The translations under genes were made by a program, and so were the position numbers. A stretch of 64,000 nucleotides of DNA from the human T2T-CHM13v2.0 reference genome, Homo sapiens. Below the pieces are notes generated by a model. The model saw nothing but the letters and a program-made list of their open reading frames with translations, was not told where the DNA came from and made no database searches. Where the stretch lies: the NCBI RefSeq assembly GCF_009914755.1, contig NC_060936.1. One strand, written 5' to 3'. Of the stretch, positions 31,051-44,923 are shown piece by piece (the stretch's first letter is position 1; the number at the start of each line of letters is the position of its first letter).

Positions 31051-31828
31051 AAAAAAATCCTCCTTAAAAGAAAGATAAAGTAGAATTATCGAGCATTTAT
31101 TGAGAGGTGCAAAATTTAAGGCGCAAGAAAATATTTAAAAAATTAATCTAACATAACTTAACCATTATGATGTGATTTATATGCAAAGATACCTAAAGGA
31201 TTCACCATCCACATATAATGGAATATTATGCAGCCAATAAAAGTTATTATTAATAATATTAAAAAAGTTAATAATATGATATTAAGTAATAAATGCCAAA
31301 TCATGTTGTTGTCTGGAAGAGAATCGTCAAATTGTCAACAGTAGTTTTTGCTGATAATATTACTGGTGATTTTTATTTTTGTCATCTATTTATTCATTTG
31401 TTGGATATTCTGCAATGGGAATTACTTTTATAATCAGGCATAACAATAAAAATATTATTCAAAGTACCTACTGTAGTCTCCAACAGTTCAATTCCAAGTA
31501 GTCCATTTAAAGGACTCTTGTTAAGTTGCCAATAATCACTGCTTTGATAAATCAAATGGATACTTGCTCTTATTTCCTGGCTCTGTGAAGCATCTGACTT
31601 TTTTCAATGTTCCATGCTAAAATTCTCTGCTCCCTTGGCTTGGTAGTTCTAATTTAACCATGCATCAGCTGTCACCTGGAAGACTGCAATGGCTGGCTGT
31701 CTTTACTACAAGCCATTCTGTCAATTACCACCAGGGCAATCCTGACCACATTACTCCATTGCTTTTGCCTCTTCAAAGACTTATCTTACAGAACATAGAG
31801 GGTGAGTTGCTCTGGATGCTTTCTGTTT

Positions 31829-32020
31829 TTTTTTGTTTGTTTTTGTTTTTTTTCTTTTTTTTAAATTTTATTATTATTATACTTTAAGTTTTAGGGTACA
31901 TGTGCACAATGTGCAGGATAGTTACATATGTATACATGTGCCATGCTGGTGTGCTGCACCCATTAACTCGTCATTTAGCATTAGGTATATCTCCTAAAGC
32001 TATCCCTCTCCCCTCCCCCA
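31829..32020 (-). mobile_element. Short young L1PA (L1PA3-like) 3' end
   Basis: ttattatactttaagttttagggtacatgtgcacaatgtgcagg...ctcctaaagctatccc; TSD gctttctgttt (31818-31828 / 32022-32032). Confidence 0.9.
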
Positions 32021-32029
32021 AGCTTTCTG

Positions 32030-32460
32030 TTTATTAGTGACCCAATGAAAAGAAAAGGACAACTTTGGGTCCAGGGATTGTAAATTGTGTCCTCAAATCT
32101 CTATTTCTTGCTTCTGTTCTCTCTTAGGTAGTTGTATCTCATAAGCAAAAGAGCTTCCTCTCAGTGACAGGGATGAGAGGGCAGGGCCACAGATAATTCC
32201 AGGCTTATATCATCCTACCTAGCAACCCCAAAGCCAAGGGAGATATCCTCTCTCCCATTCTCTGTGTATGAAATCCAAAGGAAAGTCTCTGGTTGACTAA
32301 CAGTACCACACCTAATTGCTAAGGCCAAGAATGTGGGCCTGGGTCATAGGTCCAATCTGAACGGAGAGATATTGTACTATGATTGGTAGCCTGATCAGAA
32401 CTACAGCACTTGGAAGGTCCAAGGGTAAGTGCTTCAAAGAAAATCAGGGATAATTAATAA
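32030..32460 (-). mobile_element. Old MaLR LTR (MLT1K/L-like)
   Basis: ttccaggcttatatcatcctacctagcaacccca; ctgggtcataggtccaatc. Confidence 0.45.
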
Positions 32461-32659
32461 CAGAAAAGAGTAAGGAATATTGGAAAGATGAAAAACCAAA
32501 TATCCTTTATAAAAAGTAATATTCAATCTCCTTAGCCCAACACTCTTAGAATTTCTTGGATTGGCCTCTGCTCATGTTTCTTGCCTCATCTTTCGCCATT
32601 CCCTCCCAAGAACTCCAGTTTCTAACTATGCCAAACACTTGGATCTTTTCTGAATAGGC

Positions 32660-33162
32660 AGTGCTAGGCAGAATAGTGGCCCCCAAAGATGTTCATGCCT
32701 TAATCCTAGGAACGTATAAACATGTTAACTTGCAAGACAAAAGATACACTGCAGATGTGATTAAGATTAAGGACTTTGAAATGGAAAGATCATCCTGGTT
32801 TACCTAGGTGGGCCCAATCTAATCACATGAGTCCTCAAAAGCAGAGAATCTCTTCCAGATTCAGATAACCAGAAATATGGCAATGTGAAAAGAACTCCAT
32901 CCACCATTGCTGGCTTTAAAAATGGAGGAAGAGGCTACAAATCAAGAAATGTGGGTGGCCTTTAGAAGCTGGAAAATGCAAGGAAATGGATTTTTTTTGA
33001 AAGCCTACAGAAAGTAATGCAATCCTGTTGGTATTTTGATTTTAGCTCAATCAGACTTTTGTCTCACTTTGGATCTATTACAGAACTGAAAGATAATAAA
33101 TTTTTATCGTTTAAGCTTCCAAGTCTATGGTAATTTGTCACAGCAATAAGAAGAATTATACA
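32660..33162 (+). mobile_element. MLT1D-like solo LTR inserted in an L2
   Basis: ggcagaatagtggcccccaaagatgttcatgccttaatcc...gcagatgtgattaagattaaggactttgaaatgg...ggtaatttgtcacagcaa. Confidence 0.85.
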
Positions 33163-33560
33163 GGCCATTCTATGTCATGCTTTCTTGATTTTGTACTTTC
33201 TGGTCATTTCATGTAAAATATCTATCTTCCACATCTATCTTCCACACTGATGCACCCCGCTCAATCCCAGCCCACTTGGTGAACTCCCTACCCTTATTCA
33301 AACTATAACTCAGGTTTCACTCCTTCTCTAAAGCCTTCCTTAGCATCACTCCTAGGAATATGTGACTCCTAGGAATACTTTTTTCTTATGGCCACACAGC
33401 ACTCTGCATTCTTCCGCTATAGTATTTAAAGTGCTGTATGAAATTTGTCTCAGACTGTAAATTTATATTAGGCCAGGGACTATATCCTATTCCTCAATGT
33501 ATATCACAGGTAAAGCATGTTGAGCACATAGTACATTTTAATAACTGCTTGTGTATGCAT
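33163..33560 (+). mobile_element. L2 3' fragment (continues from about 32500-32659)
   Basis: agactgtaaatttatattaggccagggactatatcctattc...gcacatagtac. Confidence 0.6.
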
Positions 33561-33989
33561 GAAAAATCATTGCACTGGTTACTCACTTTGAGATTTATAT
33601 AGGAATGAGAAAGAGTTGAAAACTGAAAAAGGTCCAGCATATTTTAAAAAGAGAACATGAATATAGCACTAGGGATTTAACTTCTACTGCCACAAAAATG
33701 TTGGAAATCAACGAGTAGTAGGTCAATTGTCAAATAACTTGAGGATAGCAGGTACATTTTTATTATGAGCAAATCTTGTCTAAATTAGTTGTCTAAACTC
33801 TTCCTTCTACATCAGTAACTGAACTGATAAATTTGGGAGTAAGAAATTGGTTGTAATCAATCTTTCTTGATGTGACAAGGCTTTAGATTGAATTCTAAAG
33901 ATCAATGAACTTGGAAAATGTGGTCTCTTCTCTAATGGCATTAATTAATAACATCTAATATTATCACCTAGAATCTGGCCAATACATTT

Positions 33990-34545
33990 ACATAGAATCA
34001 GCCTGCAAGAGGGTCCTCAAATGATTCTTGGCTTCTCATATTCACTCCCTTATGTAGTCCCTCCCAATACTGAATAGGTCTAACCTGTGTGACCAATGGG
34101 ATTTTGAAAAAGTAACAATGTATGATTTCTGAAGATAGATCTTAAATGAATTGCTGGTTCCACCTTACTTTTTTGAATTGCTCCTACTTCTAGGGGATGA
34201 TAGATACCATGTTGTGAGGACACTCGAGCGGTCCTGTGGAGGGGCCCATTAGAGAAAAACTAAGGTCTTCCAGCAAAAGCTAGTACTAAATTGCCAGCTG
34301 TTTAAGTGAGCCACTTTCAAAGCAGATTCCCCAGCCCCAGACAAACTTTCAGATGACTGCATCCCTGGCCAATTTTTTGACTACAACCTCATAAGAGACC
34401 TTGAACAATAATTACTTAGCTGATCCACTCTCAAATTCCTGACCTGCAGAAACTGTGAGAAATAAATAAAAGTCTATTACTGTCTTAAGTCATGCAGTTT
34501 TAGATAACTAGTTTTAGATAACATGCAGCAATAGATAACTAGTAT
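33990..34545 (+). mobile_element. MLT1F-like solo LTR
   Basis: cactcccttatgtagtccctccc; aaattcctgacctgcagaaactgtgaga; gcagcaatagataacta. Confidence 0.8.
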
Positions 34546-36129
34546 TCTGCCTATAGAATAAAATAGACAAAAGTCACTATAAACTATTTCCTGTGTTGTT
34601 AGCCGTGGTTTTTTAAAAACAATTATTATCCTTTCACTTTCAGCCCTAGTCTTCCAAACCAATAAACAAGAGTCTTAGAAGGAAGATAACTTCAAGGCAC
34701 ATCTGCTCCTTTTAGATTTTATACTAAAAACAAAATAAAGAGCCAGTCTTATTACTCTACTGCCAATTCTCGGTAATAAGTGACATTTCCTCCTCCCTTG
34801 TGTCTGTATTTTTTTCTACTATTGAGGCACCTGAAATTGGATGATGAGATTTCCAATGTGCCCTTAGAAAATGAGAAAGACATGACACACTGTAACTCTC
34901 CTCCTTATAAGGCTCAGGAAAGAAATATACCTTTTTGGGCCTCTCTATTTTCCTGACAGAAAAAGAGAGAGAGATAGAAGGTAGAAAAGCTATCTGCCAT
35001 CCTTCAGCTATGATATTCCTGAGGCTCATCATATTTTTCTTATTTTAGAGAGTCTGTAGAGGGACACGTACTCAGTGTGTTATATTTGCTCCTTTATGTG
35101 TGACCATCACAGAGCAAATGTCTTGATGTCATCTCATCAAAAGCATCAGAGATGCTTGGAGCAGGGAGAAGAAAGGGGGTAGGAAGAAGAGAGTGATGAA
35201 AAAGGGCAAAGGAAGAACAGGAGAGGGCCAATTGTGTAGAAACAGCAAACAGCCTGACTTGTTCAGGCACAGGCCAGAACTGCTCCTAGGCTGTTGAGTT
35301 AACACAGATACACTCTGGTTAATGCTCTTAAGAAGATGAATTAAGTGAAACATTTCAGTTCTAACAAAAGTGGTTCCTGCAAAAAGGAGAGATGGGGCAC
35401 AACTAGAAGAAAAATACTTGCATTCTAGTTTAGTTCAGTCTCTTCAGAGAAGGTAACATATTACAGTGGAACTACATCATAAGGTAAATTTCAAATCAGA
35501 TAAAATATTTATGATTTTGAGAAAACATTTCACATGAATCTATAAATACCTAGCCTAAGGTTTACTGCTACCATCGTTTACAGGTTAATTAGCGCATTTT
35601 GCAGCCTTGCCATAAATCTGCTTCCATTTAGATAGAATGGCTAGATGGTTGTCTTTAGCATCCTGAAATTTAATAGTAGAACTATGTAGCAGATTCTAGT
35701 CTTTCTAAGCAGGAATGACAAAATAGTTTCAAATTATTATTTTTTTGTCATCATATGACTGGTAACATGTCATTGGCACTTAAATTTTATGAGTGTCTAT
35801 TTATTAGGCTACAGAAATAATTTTGTTCTCCATTGCTCTATGTATAGGTGGGGAAGCTAGTGACCTCTTCAGGGGTGGTTTCAGAAGTTAAGGGGGTGTA
35901 GCCAAAACCTGGTGTTATCTCCTTAGCTTGTCTAAATTCAGGAAAGTCACTGGAGAATAAAAAAGAACCAATTTTACTATAAGACAATGAAGATTCTAGG
36001 CAGTTCTTAGAAATAGGTAAGAAATCTAAGCTCCACAAGGGCAGAAGTCTTTGCTCTTTTTCTTTCCTATGCACTCAACAAGAATTTCTTGACTGTATGA
36101 AGGAGCCAGGGAATGCTCAGAAGAATCTG

Positions 36130-36480
36130 TGACTCATCAAAAGGTAAGAGGCACTGCTGAATAAGGAAATAGAGTGGAGACTGCCTCTCTATGGAGTGCC
36201 ATTTGAGAAGACATCTGAAAGAAAGTGGAGACACAGGCTACCTGGAGGAAGCATGTAGCAGGCAGTGGGAACAGCAGGTTAATGGCCCTGGTGTGGCAGT
36301 GAGCTTGACATGTTCAAAGGGCAATAAGGAGGGCTTTGACATGCAACAGAGTAAGGGAAGAGAGAGTGGCAGGAAATAAGCAAGAGAGGCAGGTGAGGGC
36401 CTGATCACGCATGGTGTAGGAGGTCATCATAAGAATGTAGGATTTTATTCTGAATCATAGTAAGGTGTCATTGATTAAAG
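36130..36480 (-). mobile_element. L2 fragment
   Basis: ggaagcatgtagcaggcagtgggaacagcagg...gtaggattttattctg. Confidence 0.65.
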
Positions 36481-37159
36481 AATGTGGTCAGGCCAGCAGA
36501 ATAAGTATTAATAGTCCATGACAGTGACAGACTGTCTTTGAAAAACATTATTTCCTGAGTGGAAAAAAAAAACCCTAGAAACTGAAGATACAGTCAAGTA
36601 TCCTATGAGTACTGAATAAATACTCTTAACTCACTGGTAGGTGGATGTGTTTGAAAATGATTACTAAGGAACATACTGTGTTATTATTCAAGCTATCATG
36701 ATGGGTATAGATTTAGTTTTTTAAAGAAAGCTTCTTATTTCTGGAACAGTTGAATAAATTTATTATAATTTCCAGAGACCCAGTCCTTAAGCATGGAGTT
36801 ATTTTAGTGTAATGCCAACACGCTCCTGTCTTGGTTTAGGTGAGCTTTCAGGTGTGCAGGCAATTTGCATGATAAATTTTGCATGTATACATCTCCTCTC
36901 TCCTTTGCTGCAAAGGAAGCCAAGTAGTAAACAGTCTTTCTTAGTAAATGTTTTGCTGAAAGAAAACACACATTTACAAGTCAAATCATGTGAAATCTTT
37001 GATAAGGAAAGGATGATAGCAAGGTTTATTTTACAGTTTATGCTGAAAATTTTACTGGGAAGAAATAACTAGGCTGGTTATTTCCAGTTACACAATAAGC
37101 AGTTACTTTTTAAGAGCTACTGTGTAAAATAAACACTGCTAAGTGGTTGTAATATTTGA

Positions 37160-37300
37160 CTTCATTCATTCATTCATTCATTCATTTATATTAACTAACA
37201 TCTATTATATATGTACCATGTACCAGGGCACTATGCTAGGAGCCAAAAATAAAAGAAAAATTTTAATTACAGCTACAAATAATCCACAGTCTAGAAGAAC
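37160..37300 (-). mobile_element. L2 3' end with (TTCA)n tail
   Basis: ttcattcattcattcattcattcatt followed by taccatgtaccagggcactatgctagg. Confidence 0.7.
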
Positions 37301-37925
37301 TCAACAGAGTACATTGGCTTCTTCTAATTCCAAATAAAAATAGGGTCAGCATATGTCTTCACACTATGACAATTGGCAATAGACTGTTAAGCTTCGGCTT
37401 TCTCTTTCTATTTCCTCTTCTGCCTTTCTGCTGTGACTTTGTAATCAATAGGACTATTAGCTTAACTGGATACATCAGCTAATAATCCAACAGGACAAAT
37501 GCATAATTCTTAGAATCAGTTTAGATGGTTGCCCGCAGCCCCCTTCTACTCATCCTCTGAAAATGCTGTAGAGTTCACTCCAGTGACCTACCATCCATAA
37601 ACCCTCTGTGGCTGTTCAGATGTTTACACACATTGGCTACTTCACAGAAAGTCCTATCTCTCTGTTAAAAGAGAAAGTATATGTGGCTGAAATGATGGTT
37701 AGTTCTCATTTCAGTACTTGGACGTCAAGCAGTTAGTTTACTGTTGCTTTTGTAACTTGGAGGCATTCCATTCTATACTGAACACTTCTTTGGATAAAGT
37801 TCTCATCTTTCTAACACATTGTTAGATTAAAATAGTAATGGAAAAGTAATAATCTCTCCAGCCTACAGACAGCTCTTATGCCACTACATGTCTATAGTAT
37901 TGATATAACATTTTTATAACATTTC

Positions 37926-38378
37926 TGTTTCAGTTATCTATTGCTGTATAACAATCAACCTAAAACAACAAACACTTTATTTCCTTGTGATATTACAATT
38001 TGGGCTAGGCTCAGCCAAGTGCTTCTTCTGTTAGTCTTGTCTGAGGTTACTGGTGTGGTTGTATACCACCAGTCATGCCACTTGGGGACACTAGGACATC
38101 TGTATTTGTCTTTATTCCTGTAGTCTCAGGCTTCTCCCTCTCCAAGTGTCCTACATCCTCTCCACACTCTCTTTCTGCAAGTTGGATGAGCCTCAGACTT
38201 CTCAAGAGTTCCAAGACTTGTTAAAGCTTAGCCCCAGAATTAAAATACATTACTTCTACCACTTTCTATTGGTGAAAGCAAGTGAAAGAGCCAGCCTAGA
38301 TTCAAGGTGAGGAAACCACACAGGAATGTGAATACTTACAGGCATGGTTCAGTGGAGGTCTCTAATGTAACAACTACA
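37926..38378 (-). mobile_element. MLT1G/H-like solo LTR
   Basis: tcagttatctattgctgtataacaa; gggctaggctcagcc; agccagcctagattcaagg. Confidence 0.75.
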
Positions 38379-38659
38379 CCTACCTTGACTCAAATAATCT
38401 GTAAACCTGCATTAGATCTTTAGATTGATAAAGAGTTTCAGGAGGGTAGGGTGAGCTCCTTACCAAGGGGCCATGATCAGAGTCCTACCTCTTTTGCGTT
38501 GCATGGTTCCAACAACACTTCATTTCTAGAAGTCATCTTACCTTTACTCATCCTGGGCCCTTTGTCTGGGACAGCTTTTCTACTTTCTGACATCTATTGA
38601 AGTCTTTCTTCTCAAAACTTCAAGCTCAGGCTTTATCTCCTGCCAGAAGCCTTTCCTGA

Positions 38660-38989
<330 letters not shown>

Positions 38990-40243
38990 AAGACCTGCTT
39001 CTGAGATTCTAAAATATATCCTGTGTTTATCTCTTTCACGGAACTTATTATATTGTAGTAAAATGTCTGGGCATTTGTTTATGAGTTTGTTTCACCAGCT
39101 AGACTGTTTACAATCTGAAGTCAGGCCTGAGTCTTATTAATGTGATTTTGTCATTCTGTAAGTGCCCAGTAATAACATGTTAAAAGGGAACTGGAACAGG
39201 AGAAGTGTATGTTGTATAATCTGATGTCACCCCAAATCCAGCATAATTCAATGCATATATTAGTGGCTTAATAAATATTGGACGGTTGGTTGAATACATA
39301 AATCTATTTCTGTTAGTCACTACATAAGAGATATAAACTCTTATTTTGGTAACCTGGTAAATTTTCAGCAAGCTTCATAAACATTTCAATTCCTAGCTAG
39401 GAAAGAAGCAATATGCCTTGGGCACAACTTTTCAAGTAATATCAATGTTTAGCAGCATCAACCTTTCAGGCAGGTGTAAATAGCTAAAAATAAAAATTCA
39501 TATCCTTCTGAAATGCTGGCTAAATTTCTGAAGGAATGTATTCATGCTCTGAAACACAAAACCGTTCTCTTGCTTCTATAAAACAGAACAAAACCTGTGG
39601 GAAACCAAATTACTTTGCTAAGTGTGACAAATCCAAACTGCTACAGAGCAAGAGATAACATAAATTAATGGGTCTTGGAGGCAAACACCAGGAGTTATTT
39701 TGAGGTGAGTGAAATCCGATCTCCATCCTAAAACCACACTGTGTTTCCATGGATCAAGTTTTTAGTTTTATGCTTTTTAGAAAACTATTTATGCACAATA
39801 ATTACAGCCACCTGAATGCCCTAAATAAACGTAGCCCAGTAAATGCAGGCGTGTGCTTGAATGGTGCCCTATTGCTTTCAAGTACTTTGTAGTGGGCTGC
39901 ATGTCTGTTTTGACGATTCCCCCCTAAAACCTAAAGGCAGAGATGCTGGAAGGGTTTGCATTACCAGGTGACACAGTGCTTGACTTTGATAAGCCGTTGC
40001 TAAGGCAAAGAAACTCCTAAAGCCTTATTGAGGGTAGCCCGTGGAAGTCTGTCACACTGTCTTATATTATTTTTCTTTGGATACAAGCCATTTTTCTAAT
40101 TTAACCCTTGATTTTCTTGAGGGCAGTAAAGTTGTCTTAGGTTCTTTTCACACAGAGAGTGTTTAGAAATGTTTGTGGTTGAAATGAGTACCCTTCTGGA
40201 TTATGTTTACCCCAAAGGAGATGCATTATTTTATTTTAATCAG

Positions 40244-40704
40244 TGTTAAAGATAATGTATAGGAGGCCATTGGATACCACTGAGCTCTTGTACCAGGCCC
40301 CCCCCAAAAAGAAAAACAAACCAAAATGGAGTCACTCATGCTAAAGTTCCACATCACCAAGCAAAATCTAAGTTGTTTTTCTGACCTTCCAAGAAACCAA
40401 GAGAGTGCGAGATGATGGCCAAATCTCTAAACAAGCCAGTTTTAGCTGGCAGGATTAGAAATTCCCCTTTACTTTATCCTTTACAAGGAAAGTAACATTT
40501 AAACAATCAGTCTGCTTTTTGTTTTCTATTTTTGCTTTCCTCAGCCCTTTTCTGTGTATAAACCAATGTCCTCTTGCTCACCTCATCATAATGGTCATTT
40601 TATTTTAGAGAATGAGGTACTGCCTGTCCAGAACTGCAAATAAAAGCTTATTAAGATCTTTATACTAAATTTTTTTGTTGTTGTTGAAACTTAATCTTTT
40701 GACA
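40244..40704 (+). repeat. 5' LTR (LTR47A-like)
   Basis: TG...CA termini; tataaa and aataaa motifs; homologous to 46418-46861. Confidence 0.85.
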
Positions 40705-40708
40705 ATTC

Positions 40709-40727
40709 TGGCAACCAACAAAGGGAC
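40709..40727 (+). promoter_or_regulatory. Retroviral primer-binding site, tRNA-Arg(TCG)-like
   Basis: tggcaaccaacaaagggac versus TGGCGACCACGAAGGGAC: two CpG decays and one insertion, 4 nt after the 5' LTR. Confidence 0.7.
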
Positions 40728-42169
40728 CCAAATGACACTGCTGATGAATCCCAAGACCTCTTGGGGAACGCAGGAGAGATGTTACTGAGCCCTTTTCAGG
40801 TCCCCTGTCTTCCTCACGGAGCCCCAGTCTGTTCCTTTCAGGTTGGACTCCGGTCTTTTTGCACTGAATCTCTGGAGCTTATCAGCTTTCATTTGGGGGT
40901 TACTTTGTGCTGTAAGAGAGCATTTGACCTTGAGGTGCCAAGGGTTAGTCTGTGCTCTGAGAAGGTGCTTGACCTTTGGGTTTGTGCTGGCTGATGAGTT
41001 ACTGGCAGGAGCTGCAGTTTTAAAGGTGACTGACAACAGTTGCAGTAAGTGGTTATTACTGCAGGGAGTCAGAACTCCAGCTTCCAAAATTCGTAGAGAT
41101 TTGGTTTCTATCTTCTTAATTGCTTTGTCTTGAGCACTTAGTTGAGGCATGCCTCAGGTGTCTGACAGGGTCAGGCAGAAACTGGAAAATTATTGGCTAA
41201 GTTGGTCAAAGGCATCTCAGTGCCAAAGCCACAATTTGATCAGTGGGCATGATTTGGGCACTTGAGAGCTATTAGAGCAACCCACCACCAAAAGATAAGA
41301 CTACCATGAAAGGATAAGCTGCATGTAAAATAGGGTAGCACCTATCAGCCTCTAGAAAATGTCCGTTCAACAAGGTACGCTGTGAAAGCATTATATAACC
41401 CAATGTGGCACTTCCCTCTTAGGCTTTGATTTAGACTCTGAGAGACTCAACATTCAATATAAAGATAGTTCCTAATTTATAAAAAAACTGAGCACTCCAC
41501 CTTTCAGCCACACTTGCCTTTTACACTTTATTAGGCCCCGGAAGCTTCAAATACTTACAAAAATGGCCAAATCTTACTAAAGATACTTTAGAATGACAAT
41601 GGCCATTATATAGCATGTTTCAGATGAACAACACTGCATTTAAGATGTGCATATATCAATGAGGGTTCTCAAATTAGGCCAAACCCAGATGTGCAGAAGT
41701 TTCTAAAAAGATTTCAAAAAAAAAATTTAATGGGCTCTTTTCAAAGATTGTTTTACAGAAATCAAGTGAAAAGTTTAATGATTAATTGATAAGAAAAATT
41801 AAATCTACTATCCTTTTCATTTAGTTACTCTTCCACCCCGAAGGTAAAAAGAAAGCTAAAGTGTTTCTAAAGGTTAGGATCTCAGGTCAAGCAGGTTTGC
41901 TTCTTTTTTAGAGCTATCCATACCGAGTCCAGGCACAGAGAATGTTTTCTTTGCCCCATTCTCTAATGGGCTCCACTCTGGAGTCAGTAATGTAGTTAAG
42001 AAACAAGCTAAATGGAAAATATAGCCTATTGAACTAGATCAGTCTCTGAAGTACACCCTTCTGGCATTTAGCTGGCTATTTGGAAACTTTTTGTAAAAAA
42101 TTTACATCTATAAAGAAAAATCACTAGAAATTCTTAAAGTGAGAGAGAGTACTGGTCTAAACAAGCCTG

Positions 42170-42460
42170 ACCTTTGATGAGTTTGTCTTAACTGGGCTTC
42201 CCACCTACATCTTTCTTTGTCTAGGGTGAATGGACTCTTAGAAGAATGATGGTTACGACAAGGTCTGTCTGGATTTGTAGATTTCCTCTCCTGTGACAAA
42301 TGTTAATCTTCCCTGGTTGCTGGATCTGTCTTTAGGCAAATAAGGAAGAATATTCAGAAAACCCTGTCTTGCATTGTGCTATTCTTTAAGTGCCTTCAGT
42401 TCAAAGTAATCAATATACCAAAGTGACATATTTTGGGGTGCGATTTTCTGAACTACTTTA
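42170..42460 (-). mobile_element. Antisense ERV1 LTR fragment (MER21/MER34/LTR48 group) inside the provirus
   Basis: Reverse complement reads ttcagaaaatcgcaccccaaaatatgtcactttggtatattgattactttgaactgaaggcac, the same head motif as the LTRs at 15974 and 28417. Confidence 0.6.
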
Positions 42461-44923
42461 ATGGCTATGTAGTTTAAGAAGCAATTCGAGCATGAATGTT
42501 AAGAATGAGTAAATTTACATAAATGTAAATGGTATAAAAGTTTATAGCTGAACTTGTCATAGTTTAAAAAGTCTTTTTCAGTAACTTTAACTCTTAAAGT
42601 CATGTTAAATTAATAGATATTTATGAAATATCAGTCATTCTTAACAAAACTAAAGTATTAAAATATTAATTGCTGAACATAAGCTTAAAATGTATACACT
42701 TTGATATCTTGTTTTTATATCATATAGAAGAGCTCAACATATTTAAGTCTGTTAGTAAACATGAAAAAATTGTTATATGAGGAAGCACATGTTTCTAGAA
42801 AGTATAAAATTTGTATTCCTAAAATGTTTTTGACAGACAGCTCAAAATTGCTTACTTCTTAAGATTCCACTGGAAGTTAAACTTACTAAGGGTTAAAAAT
42901 TCCAATTAATATATGAAAGCTAAAACTAGAAATAATAAAGGAAGTAACTCCAAATATGAGAAAAATAAGTAATATTTTTGCTAAATAAAACTATGAGGTA
43001 TGAAAGATGTGTTTTTGTTAAGGAAGAAAGAGAGTAATTTTTCTCCTAAGTAGAATGACTAGTTTTTCCAAAGTAGAAAAAGTATTGAAAACACAACTGA
43101 ATGAATAAGAAATTTGTAGACAGTTTGTTGAAGATGAATCTTGTGAAAGGAACTCTATAAGGGTGATCAAGCTGGCTAAAATGAGAAAAAATGTTATCCA
43201 TATGTTTTTCTAAGAATTGAGTATTAATATCAAAAGTATACTGATATAAAACTAGAATTTGATCTCCTGTGTTAAAACCACAAGGTTTTCTGGAATTATT
43301 GATCTGTTCTTAATAGGAAATAGTAAAAAGTTTTTCTTTATTTTTTTAGGTAACTTGCCTAGAAAGCAAAGAGTCTGTACTTTATCAAGATGATTCTGTG
43401 TGCTTTGTATTGTCTTTATTAGGTCTTTGATGACTGAGAAAACTGAATCCTCTCTATTAAAGAGCTAAGAGTTTTTCCTACAACTAGGTAACTTACTGTA
43501 TTTGCCTTTAGAGTCTTTTAATTATTACTCTGGTTAAACTAATGACTATAACTTCACAGTGATCTGTGATCCTATTTTGATCAAATGTTTTAAACCATTT
43601 GACATTTTTTATAAACTTTCCAAAATAAACTAAATTAAGTCTTCTTGACCTTGAATTAACTTTGGGAAAACCTCAAAGGACGTGTCTCTCACCTTTTAAA
43701 AGAGAGATATTAAACTAGTTAGGCTTATTTCATATGTTAAATTATATGGGGAGTGTTCCAACAATTGTATGTAATCCCTAGAAATATATCAGTCCTAATT
43801 CTGGTTATTGTGCTAAAATGTTGTATGCTACGGGACATTGAATATATAAGTTTCTGATAATGTTAAGGTCATACCATTGGACTGGGTGAGAAGTTCCAGA
43901 ACTCTGGTGAAGAAACTGGAGGCTTCATGAAACTGCCAACCAAGATCAAGCAGAGCGAGATTTACTTATGTAAGACTGAAAAACTGATGAAGAAGAGTTA
44001 TGGTTTTTTATGGCTTTTTAATTTGAAACATTACTTGTTATTTTAATGTTTTATTTTACAGATTTAAGAAAAGCTTTTTTTTAAACCTATCTATAGCTTT
44101 CAGCAATGTGGTAAAGTATACTTTTGTGAACAAAAGTTAAAACATTTACTTTTTCCTCTCTATTTGATCTTTCCAGAATTCAGAAACTATTTGTGAGGAT
44201 TCTTGTTTTTATGGCAATATGGTTATTTGCATAAATTCAATAAGAATTACTCTCTTTATAACATGATACAATTGGAAATACTGGTTGCATTACTAAAGCA
44301 TTGACTGGGATGTCATACCTGAGAATGCACATAGAATGACTCTGTAGGTACTGTGGGTAAAGTCTGAAGTCTGCCTTGGTTTGGTTTCCTATCTTCCAGA
44401 GGTTTTCAAAAGTCCAATTTGAGATTCCTTATTAAAGGTTCCAGCAAAACAAAACTCGGAAAGAGCCCAAGTGGTCACTACTTTTTCTGCATTTATGTAA
44501 ATAATCAGGCCAAGTTGGATGAGATTAAACTTATTTTGCCAACAAATTAGTCTCACTCCATTTTTTGTAACAATGAGGGTGACTCTAGAGAGAAAAATTG
44601 CTTTAGAAGAAAAACTGTAGTACCACTGTTACTAGATTGTAGCCTCTTTAACTATTTTTTGAGTTTTTACTATCTGCCTGTGGACTGGACTGGATCCTGA
44701 ATTTGTCTAGTTTCCTCCAATATCTGGCTCTGAAAACAAGACCTGCTCTCTTTCTTAAGCCCTGTAAGATGAAGCTAGACAACTCAATATAAATTTCAAG
44801 AAACAAGTCTCATGCTTGATGTGTGGGCCATACAGAGAGTTCACCAAAATGCCCAATATTGTAACCAGAGACATTCAAACTATAAACAAGGATGAGAACT
44901 TGATGATTTCATGTTGTGGACAG

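Noticed and set aside
39560-39712. Plus-strand exon ending GAG|gtgagt near 39704
   Set aside because: Strong donor but only a weak upstream acceptor and no coding signal; such donors occur by chance.
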